Below, piece by piece: positions 10,662 to 20,000 of a DNA stretch of 20,000 bases. Origin of the DNA: Ancylonema sp. (taxonomy: Eukaryota); contig JBFLGF010000066.1 in assembly GCA_050230475.1 (NCBI GenBank), positions 58,922 through 78,921 on the forward strand. Reading direction: 5' to 3'. Numbering within the stretch: the stretch's first letter is position 1; each line of letters starts with the position of its first letter. Below the pieces are notes generated by a model. The model searched no databases. It had not been told where the DNA came from and worked only from the letters and a program-made list of their open reading frames with translations. Made by a program: the position numbers and the translations under genes.

Positions 10662-11852
10662 GTGGTGGGTGGGAGGGAGGGGGCTGGTCCTCGGTTGGGG
10701 GTATGGAGTCGGAAAGGTCTGAAGCTGAGCGCATCCATGGCGGCTGAATGGACGTTATATTGACTTTTACGAATCCTCAAGGCCAGAAGGAATGGGTGGG
10801 GGGCAAGGATGCTTCAGGATTGGGTGTTAAACTTCGTGTGTGTGAGTGAGGGGCGACATAGAGGTCTATAGTTGCGCAGCACTTTCAGACATTTGGTATC
10901 GGAGGTGTGTTGTACACGTGGTGGCAGCAGAAGCGACTCAGGGAGCGGGGTTTCGGCTGATGGAAATTGGCATGGAGCTTATTTTAAGGGCAAGTAAACG
11001 TGTGCATGGATCTTGTGACTTGCAGGTTGTTATTATTTTATATTCTTTTATATTTAGCAAGATTTTTGAAGAGAGTAAAGAGAAGGAGAATAAATTTTAT
11101 AAAAATTCGAGTTACTCCGCAGTAGAAGGCACCATATCACGTACTCTATGTCCTTTATTGAAGTAAAAGCTCGTAGTTAACGTGACGATGTTAGAGATAA
11201 TGCAATGGCGTATTGGTATACTAAGATGTTGGGAGAGGCGATCATGCAAGGAGCTAATGAGTGTGTAAGAAACGCGCAAGGGGGTCTTGAACTCATCATT
11301 GATTGTCGTAATTGATCGCATTTGTCATAATCGCTCTCTTAATATTACACTTATGCTTTTTACTTTGGCAAACTTGCGCAACACACATTCACATTCACTA
11401 GAAACGCGAGAGTGCATCGTGGTTTGATTCCCTTGCCATGTTCAAACACCCAGCATGCCTGAACCGACAAATAATCGAATGGGGTGAACGAATGCACATA
11501 GTGGAGTGGCTTTTTGGTGGAATCATTTATTAAAAAAACTCATTTATAGTTAGTGCGTGATTCGCTCCACACACCAATGAATTCTACACAATGCTCATCA
11601 TGGTGTGTTTGAAGGGATTCGTGTTGACATGAAAACTCATGCTGCGGCAGCCTTTGTAAGTAGTGATAGCACCAGACCACAACTGATATGGCGACATTTA
11701 ATTCTATCAAAGCATAATAATCAATAGCAAGCTCCGATGTCTGTTTTCGTTTCTCAATCCACGAACTGATCCTCATCTTGGAACCATGAGCGACAAACCC
11801 AAATCCGTCGTGAATGAAGTCCCAACTAAAGCGTTCCTCTGTGTGGGAGCAT

Positions 11853-11971
11853 TGTGCCATGTGTCATGTGTACTGTGTAATGTGTAATGTGTAATGTGTA
11901 ATGTGTAATGTGTAATGTGTAATGTGTAATGTGTAATGTGTAATGTGTAATGTGTAATGTGTAATGTGTGA
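11853..11971. repeat. Heptamer tandem repeat (TGTGTAA)13 with degenerate flanking units
   Basis: There are 13 perfect units at 11874-11964, flanked by tgtgcca, tgtgtca and tgtgtac on the left and tgtgtga on the right. Confidence 0.97.
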
Positions 11972-12354
11972 TGGTGGAATGAAGAATATATTGACATCGT
12001 TATGCAAGTAATTTCCAAGCCATGACAGAAAGACATGTGTATCAAGAACAAAGTACTCCTCAAAAGCCCGAACAAATTCGGTTCGGCATCGTTCCAACTT
12101 TCGGCCGTTTGGCATGACCATGACCGGCACTGAAGATTTTCTGAGTTGGAATGATTGCATGATTGCACGACACGCTCCGCGAGTAGGAACTCCCAAACTT
12201 GGGTTGAACCCCTCTAGGTGTCGATTGCATTGCAGCGGTCGCTAGCACATGCGATACATGCTAGAACCCTACTTCGAGAGCAATCCATGGCCTTGTGACC
12301 CCCCCCACCACCTCGCGTTCCACTTTCTTCTTCGGAGTTGCATATTGTTGCTAG

Positions 12355-12470
12355 TTTTGGCTAGAACGATCGGCTCCCATTTTTGTCGTTTTTAGGATAT
12401 GTAGTTTCTTTACAAGCTCGTTCTTGTAATGAGATGGGGTTCCCATCGTTTTTGAATAATATACACTTTC
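12355..12470. repeat. Dispersed repeat, copy B (related to 1271-1405)
   Basis: ttttggctagaacgatcggctcccatttttgtcgtttttaggatatgtagtttctttacaagctcgttcttgtaatgagatggggttcccatcgtttttgaataatatacactt. Confidence 0.9.
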
Positions 12471-12986
12471 TCTAGGCCGGTTAAGGCCTCGATCCCCAAC
12501 CTGACAAGGGTAGGATTTCCCAACCTGGGAACCTTTCCAGCTTTCCCAGCTAGATATGCTAATATTGTTGGGTTTTAATCACGGTTAAATTGCACGGGTT
12601 AGAAATAGTTAATTTCCCAGGGTGGGTGACCTGTTTCATGTTTCACGCACGGGTCCGGATAATGTCGGAACACTGTACTGATCGCTGTAACCAGTTACTA
12701 CCCCTTTTATCGGGCCGGACTTTGTCCAATTGTATTTCCAGCGCTTTTGGACTGGCCTGGGCTTGGGATGGCCTCAAGGGAGAATGTGCCTCGGGCCTCG
12801 CAGCTTTTCGGCACTAAATACACGACAATTCATGATGTCACAACAGCTTTCAGTGCTTCCTGTGTCGCGTGAGGTGGTATGTCACGACTTCAGTGGCACG
12901 TCCTGCGTAGCTGGTAACTCCATCAGCTGCCATATCTTCTCCTGAATTTGACTGACGAACTTTGCCTAGCTTTCGTCACATTTATC

Positions 12987-14100
12987 ATGGCCCCCTCCAA
13001 GGGCAGTAGAGGGAAAAAAGATGCAGAACCTCTTCCACCTCCTGTGGACTCGACGTTTTTTCGGGACAAGCTGAAGAGCCGGCTAGAGCCTGTGAAGCTT
13101 AATGACACTCCACGGCCTCTTGAATGTTTCAAGACCGCCTTGACTCCCGCGGAGACGAAACTAGCGGAGAAGGTCAGTAAATAAAAATTTGCATCTCCAG
13201 TATTGCAAATAATTATCAAGCGTTGCTTTCTTCCCTTTAATTATTTCCCTGCTACGGCACATTTTCACACATTCCGTTTTACACTGTCCTTTAGCCGCAC
13301 CTCGTGCGAAGTCATTTCTTGAACCTGCTAATGCAGCTGTTATGGCACATTGAACCCCCTGGCAACACCATATTTTCGTGCGACCATTTACAGCAACGCA
13401 AGGCCTTTCTCGCCAGTCCCATGGTCCAGCTGCTGATGAAATCAGAAGAGATAACCGCTCGCGAAGCAGAGGTTGCCCGGTTGGCAAACGCAACCCCATT
13501 GCACAAAGAAGATGCCGCAATGTGGAAGAAGCTGCCACCAGTGCCACGTAAGGCGGTTGGGGGCTGGGGAGAGGGTGTGGCTGGGCCCTCAGACTTATTT
13601 GTTAGAGGCTGAAGTGGCTCCCACTTTTAATGACGGTATCCTGTATCGACTTGTGATTGGCCGACGAATAGTAGAGTCCATTCTCCACACGCAGTCTCCC
13701 AACAAACTCACGAACGAAACAGTGAGCTGTCGGCCAACGACACCTGGACACCTGGCAAGCTCTTACCCACCTGCTTCTTTGCTGCAGACCCATTTGGCGG
13801 CCCCCCGTTGGTCCGCAAAGCCATCAAAAGCAAGGAGGAAGGTGCCAACAAGTGTCTGGACTGGTTCCGACAATTCCAGTTTGGGCTGTGGGGGTATCGT
13901 CAGCGCCCGTATCCGTATCAAAAACCCGCCGATGTCCAGCAGGCGCTGGGGTTTAAGTGGCTGGACAATCGGTACTACGACTGTGAGTGTGGGGTTCAGG
14001 GCCGGAGAGGGGGGGTAATGTGAGGGTGGCTCGGGTTCAGACTCTTGCTGCCATCGCATTAATACCTGTACAAGTCAAGGGCAGAACCAAAGCCTTGAGA

Positions 14101-14143
<43 letters not shown>

Positions 14144-15983
14144 GATATATATATAGCTTACCTCTGCCCTGTACATATACATATGTACATATGTACATAT
14201 GTATATACATATATACATGTACAAATATATATATGTACATATATATATATATATACATAAGTACATATATATACATATGTACATGTACATATATATGTAT
14301 ATGTATATATATATGTGTATATGTATATGTATACATATGTATATATATACATATATATATATATATACATATGTATATATATACATATATATATACACAT
14401 ATGTATATACATGTATTTATGTATATAAATGTACTTATGTATATATATATATATGTACATATATATATTTGTACATGTATATATGTATATGTATATGTAC
14501 ATATGTACATATGTATATGTACAGGGCAGGCAAAAGCTCTTGGCAGCAGACGAAAGCAAAGGCGACTCAGAGTGAGGGTTCAGGAATGAGGGTTTAGGTC
14601 TATGGGTTTAGGGTTTAGGGTTTAGTGTTCAGATCTCGGGGTTCCGAAAGGCTTGTGGACTCATGCAGATAGGATGAGGTTGTATCTGCGCAGTTGCCAT
14701 GAAGAGCGGGGGGTTCTACTACAAGGACAGGCTGGGGCGCACGAGGGGCCCCATGGAAATCGTGACCCTCAAGACCGCCTGGGCGGCAGGCATTGTCGAC
14801 AAGAACACGTTCATCTGGGGGGAGGACATGGACGAGTTTGCTCCCCTGGGGATGGTGTACGGGATGGAAAGGGCGGTCAACACGCCAGATGGTGAGGCTG
14901 GGGGGGAAGAATTCGGTGATGGATGGAGTGAACAGGCTGGCAGGTTGGTGAATTGCCGCCTTGGCAATGTGCATCCACGTGTTTTCATTTACATGTATGC
15001 GCATATAGATGACTTTTTAAGTAAATGTGCACACATATGAATGTATGTTGAATTGGATGTTCACACATATGGATGTCTAGGCGCACGTATGTATACTTAC
15101 ATACGTATATATGTATACATACATACAGACATGTGTGTACACTTCCTGTCCAGTGTACAGACATGTGTTTGTAGTGATGACGAACGCTTACCCTATGTGG
15201 AATAGCAGACCTTCTTTGGGCCTCTGAACTCCAAACTCTAAACCCAAAACCCTACGCTTCCACCCGGATGCCACAGTGGCCCTGGCGACCTGGGGCACCA
15301 AAGTGATGCACCGCGTGGCGCAAGGCAGGAACCCGTCGAGTCCAGCTAAAGGCCACGAGATGCGGTCGTACAACGACCTCCAGGCAGCGGCGTTGATGAA
15401 GCGAGATCGGGAGAACACGATTCTGAAGAACCACGGAGGGACGTGGCCGGGGGAGCGCATCCCGAGTCATGTGTTGGGCATGTGGGCAGGGGGGTCGCAG
15501 CTCACAAATTGGTTGGAGGGCAACGACAAGGTGTTGCCCGACAAGTTCATCTCAAAGAAAATCAGGTGAGGGGTTTGGGGTTTGGGGTTTGGGGGAAAGG
15601 GGTGAGTGGCATGATTAGGTTGGTGGGGTTTCCGAAGTGTTGAGTAAAGGAGGTCATCACGATTAAGGGATCTGTCGGGATCTGGATGTGGCATTTGAAT
15701 CGATGTTGGGTCCTTGGTGCGTATGATGTGTTTCAGGATGAAATTAGCGGAGAAGATTCCGGGGCTAAGACCGTGGGAGATCCTGGACTACGAGCAGTTC
15801 TTTGATTTCTGCACTTTTCGGAACCAGTTCTATCGGGCACCGCTGGGGAGCCTCACGACTCCAATAGACTATGTGAAGGAGTACAACACAAAAATGTGGA
15901 GAGAACTTGGGGAGGCGACAAGGAAAGTGAAAGATGCAGCAAGGAAAAGGGAGCAAGCGAGAGAAATAGAGGGCAACAAGTAG
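12987..15983 (+). CDS. TIC56: TIC56, component of the chloroplast 1-MDa TIC import complex (GYF_2 domain)
   Basis: Phase-consistent exons: 12987-13172, 13394-13547, 13788-13982, 14694-14891, 15277-15565 and 15737-15983 (TAG). Diagnostic motifs: [102 protein letters not shown]. Confidence 0.95.
14101..14154. repeat. (TA)n microsatellite in TIC56 intron 3
   Basis: Near-perfect AT dinucleotide run immediately 5' of the foldback element. Confidence 0.9.
14155..14538. mobile_element. Foldback / MITE-like inverted-repeat element in TIC56 intron 3
   Basis: The left arm ctgccctgtacatatacatatgtacatatgtacatat (from 14164) is the exact reverse complement of the right arm ending at 14529. Imperfect symmetry continues for more than 100 bp inward. 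No clear target-site duplication is seen, so mobility is inferred. Confidence 0.55.
14588..14625 (+). repeat. Interstitial telomere-like repeat (GGGTTTA) in TIC56 intron 3
   Basis: gagggtttaggtctatgggtttagggtttagggtttag contains perfect TTTAGGG units. Confidence 0.8.
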
Positions 15984-18235
15984 GGTTGTTATATGAGGGT
16001 CGGAGTATTCTAGTTTTTGGGTCAAGTATGTCAGGTGACCCAACTGACCGTTGTCAAGTGAGGGCTTTGGTTGTAAACTTTTTTTGGGAGGTGTGAGTGT
16101 CAAATATCGAAAATCTCTACACCATTCTTTGCCACTGTTGGGCACACAAACACAACACAAGATTGTCCAACAACAAACATGTCAACTTCACATTTTATTC
16201 CCGTTGTTTCTTGGTCAATGAAAGATGTGGACATGATCCACGCTGTTTGTTTGGGTAATTGGACTGAGAAGGACGACACGTACGACGCCAAGACTCGGTA
16301 GGCATGCGTTGCGAGGGAGGGACACACAATCACAAAATGACGCGCCTGTGCGATTGTAGGTGCACTAAACGCACTTAACGGTCTTAAAATCAGCAAGACG
16401 CGGCACTCAACATGTATCCCGTGGGCCAACAACCAAACATGTATTTTTGGCAGAATATGGTCGGAAATATAAATTTGCTTGCTCAAGTTAGGTTCGTATT
16501 CATATTACTATTCACATTGTATATTTCGCATCTTGTAGGGGTGGATCATACGAAGAAAAAACTTGTTTTGTCCCGGGTCGGCGCAATAGTATACCTTTCT
16601 GTACCACATTTCGCGTGGACCTCTTTGTGAGTCGAAATGGAGAATGTGGACATAAGGACGAATGACCAAAAATGCTAAGAAATAAAAACGTTTGAGGGCT
16701 TCACTGCAAATATGAGAGTATGAATTTGCGAATTTCAGAATTTGCACTCGGGATGACCACTCGATGTCGAGGCGAGTATTTAATAATAATCTGGCTGATT
16801 TTCCCCTAGATTAATTAACGCTGAGACATTAACACATTTCAAAAAAGATACAAGAAATCAAAATTGTGGAGTGGGATAACGAAAGTCAAAAGTTTGGAAG
16901 CCATCAAGCTTGTCAACTCCTTGTTGCAGAATGATTATGAGCAAATGACCAGACAAAACTCAACTCGGAACTTTGATAGCACGATGACTAACAACTCATA
17001 CACAACACATACTCTTGTTTTCATAAACACACACTAAAAACATATACTCATAGCCAACTCATACTGTACATAGACAATTTTTTTTTCTCATGAAGCAAAG
17101 TAAATCCCGAAGTACTAGAGAATGTCTCTCTATCAGCTTGGTCACAATTCTCTGCGCTTTATAATTCTCCACCCTATTTGCCACTGTACAACTAAGTGGC
17201 ATTGATTTTATAATGCTAGGTGTGACGTTTCGCGTGTAGTGTGTATTTGTGCCTATGCCGATAGACCAATTAGATATGTGTCGACATGTGTGCCAAATAA
17301 TAATGTTTCATTTTTTTCCAATTGGCGCGTTTTTGCTGCGTTATATCGACTACATACTTATTGACATGTTGTTGTGCACGGCACCCTATCGGTCAATAGT
17401 GATTACATGACCGAATAGTCGGCGCCGCAAAATAGCAACTTTGCTAGATTCGATCAGTCTCATTTTGTAATCCATCCAGAACTTAGTGTGAACTAAGGCG
17501 AAGTTCTGTCTAACCATTTTTAGACAAAAAAAATCCACTTGCTCGTGATGTGTCTGAATTTGGTTACTTGTGCGTGTTTTTTTAGTCGATAATAAACACT
17601 TTATCTAAGTTTGTAGTGTCACATGGTACAGAATCGTGTCACGTATAACGAGATATGATGTGATTGTGTCACTTTCGAAATGTATTTAGTACAAATCTAA
17701 TCGAGATGTCAATTGAGCTTTGTATGTCACTGTCGGACAATAATCGATTGTGTGCCATGGTGATTTATTTGGGAAAATGGGTGAGTGTGCCTAAACGGTG
17801 ACATGGTGCGGGTGCGGGTATTTGCGTCTTTTGTTCATGTTCGGCATACGCATGGGTATCTCACAATGATAGTTCAATTGACACGTGTCCATACGAACGT
17901 ATTTTTCATTTAGGGTTCAAATGGAATCTAAGGCCGTAGGTATTACAAATGGTATGATTGCTCCGCCACCTACGCCACCATAGTCGGCGCTAAGGACGGA
18001 CTATACGGCCAGTTGCATGGCAAGGCGGCTGTAGGATCACCTACAATTTCCATAGTTAGTGCCTAGCAATATTCACACCACGTTAAAGGCGCGGCAAGTT
18101 AGCGATAAATTTGAGGTATCACGACAAGACGCAAAAGGCGGATTCGTGACTTATATGTATACTGATCAGTAGTTGCCAGCATCCAGCACTACTACAGTAC
18201 ATGTCTAACTTATATCCAGGTGTAGAAGTGGATAA

Positions 18236-18370
18236 GGTGACGTGTGTAATAGAATACTGAGCTAGGATTGGATGGTGTTATGCGACACATGCAACCAAGG
18301 GTACCATCTGTGGTGCTTGGACAAACCCTTGATAAGGGTGCCGGACGAGCCGTGGTAGTGCCCAAGGCAT
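18236..18370 (+). pseudogene. Degenerate PHD zinc finger, probably a relic of a PHD-bearing retrotransposon
   Basis: Hand translation gives GDVCNRILS*DWMVLCDTCNQGYHLWCLDKPLIRVPDEPW*CPRH. This has PHD spacing CxxC...HxxC...WxCPxH, with two in-frame TAG stops (18263, 18356) and the first Cys codon reading GGT. No introns. Confidence 0.75.
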
Positions 18371-20000
18371 GAAGGGATGACCCAATACCCAACTTATTAC
18401 GGTGAGTAGGGACATTCTCAATCTTGAGCCTTACAAACATAATACGCTTAGAGAAAGCCCTTTGCGGTCCTTCATTTTGTGATGTAGCATTTAACTTTCT
18501 TGCCCGCATTGGAAGTACTGTAATGATATTGATTCTTGAGTCTATCAATAACTCAAAATCAATGGAAGGCTCTCATGTTTGAGGAGGGATATACTTAACG
18601 CGATTCAATTTATCGGATTTCATAAGGTAAATAGCCTCTAAGATCATCTTATGCTTTTTACGGGAAGGGCAACTCCATATGGATTGCATGGCCCACACAT
18701 TGATCCGTACAGATGATGCAATATGTATACTCCACCAAAGTGCACATTTGGGGGGGGGTATATGTTATTGGCCAAATTTGGTACATGATGAGTGCATGTC
18801 TCATATGTAAAATTTGAGGGCAACATTGATGGTAGGATGTCACAGCAGAGTTAGCCCCTCAATGATTGGCGAGGGACCCCTTTTTAGCTTCGCACATGTC
18901 ACAATATGCACCGAGTGCAAAGCTGAATGTTGCGGGAGCTCAATACATCTTTGGGGGGGGAGAAAATATTATTTGCCATGTTGTACACTCGCGTTATGTG
19001 TTTGCAATGGCTTATGTTATCGCGCACGTGTGTGTTGCGGACCTCGACTAGGTCGTGACTCTATGTGTATACCTCCATGTGAAGAGAGAGAACGCAATTT
19101 CCAAATGTGACGTGCATACTACAACGATGTTCGTTATAAACAAACGAATCGCACGTGAGAATATGACACGATGCTAGATAGCACGACATCACTGAAAGTA
19201 AATTTAGGAGTAAGAACGTTCAAGTTCAGACAGTGCCTTAGAATTTGGAAAGGTGGGTAATTGTCATTTGAAAGCTAGGCAAAGCCGTATTCACACGCCG
19301 ATTCACACTCGCAGCACGGCATGAAAATAGTAGAGTAAAAAATGGGGGTGAAAACAGCCAGCACAGAGCTCACTTTAGACGCGATGCGTCGAGTGAGCTA
19401 AGTCAACGTACATATAGCCCGATTGGATGTTGAATCGACACTACAGGACAAAACGGCGTCTCATCTAGACTAATTGTATCGCATCAATCAGTCGAAGAGG
19501 TCTTGTCAAATCAACCAGCATTATAATATGTGACGGAGATCTAGTTTTAGAGTGAGCTTGAAATGTTCTTAGTAGCGCCAGAGTACGTGACGTGGATCTT
19601 TGACATGTACAGTAAATACTCATGAAATCTAACATGCGTAACAGCTGTTGTGTTTGTTCGTTCTAAATCACGTGTAATTGTGTCACTACAACGAATCTAC
19701 ACTACCGATCTTGTACGACCTGACGGTAGCCACTCGATGACCCAAAATTATTATGGTGTCATAAGTACACTCCTCGGGAAAGATAACTAAAGTCTATAGA
19801 GCGGCAAAGTCAAGGCCGCCCTGGTCATTTGGAAAGTTTAGACAGTCGTCAACAAGACACGAGTCCGTCCACGAGCTCCTCCACTTGCTCAAAGAAACGA
19901 TGAGTAAACTGTGGTGCTCAACTAGGGGGGCATTGATGCGGCAATACAAGCAAGCGCAAAGGACGACGACGATTATGAAAAAGCATCCAGTTATGTTGTC

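Noticed and set aside
11400..11440. B-box-like ggtttgattccc suggesting a tRNA or SINE
   Set aside because: There is no A-box or cloverleaf, and the match is imperfect.
11853..11971. Possible CRISPR array or telomere
   Set aside because: It is a spacer-free heptamer tandem repeat in eukaryotic DNA, internal in position and unlike TTTAGGG.
13304..13393. In-frame upstream extension of TIC56 exon 2 (MQLLWHIE) as an extra exon
   Set aside because: Exon 1 joins the 13394 acceptor in phase and gives a plausible alignment up to FLASP, so the extension is probably intronic.
13987..14597. Long Y/I/C/M/H-rich ORFs on both strands
   Set aside because: They are translations of the TA/CA low-complexity foldback inside TIC56 intron 3.
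294..15983. Functional cluster of organelle transport genes (Cu-ATPase, PRAT, TIC56)
   Set aside because: The genes act in different pathways, are interrupted by an unrelated RhoGAP, and organelle-targeted genes are common. There is no evidence beyond adjacency.
17180..17220. Hairpin gccact...agtggc followed by CTAG, resembling a Helitron 3' end
   Set aside because: The stem is only 6 bp, CTAG is followed by G rather than T, and no 5' end or second copy is visible.
18263..18358. TAG stop-codon reassignment explaining the PHD stops
   Set aside because: The predicted neighbouring host CDSs terminate with TAG, and the PHD has also lost its first Cys. Both fit pseudogenisation.
18210..18548. 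112-aa minus-strand ORF
   Set aside because: It has no recognisable motif. The meaningful signal is the stop-interrupted PHD finger on the opposite strand.

Overview
This is intron-rich eukaryotic nuclear DNA from a green plant lineage. It is most likely a streptophyte alga, judging from plant-type gene families, short GT-AG introns, TTTAGGG-like repeats and GC-rich exons (inference). Four protein-coding genes can be reconstructed by hand: (1) the 5' end of a chloroplast P1B-type Cu-ATPase (PAA1/PAA2 family, minus strand, runs off the left edge); (2) a Tim17/Tim22/Tim23 (PRAT) family gene (minus, 2565-4149); (3) a ~20-exon PH-RhoGAP of the REN1/PHGAP family (plus, 5043-10661), with an apparent frame break at a G11 run; (4) TIC56 (plus, 12987-15983). 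Non-genic structure includes a ~380-bp foldback element inside a TIC56 intron, a ~120-bp dispersed repeat present twice, a (TGTGTAA)13 tract and intronic telomere-like repeats. There is also a stop-interrupted PHD finger at ~18.3 kb, missed by the ORF track, which probably belongs to a decayed retrotransposon. I found no convincing new multi-gene system. Most other ORFs in the track are antisense or low-complexity artefacts.
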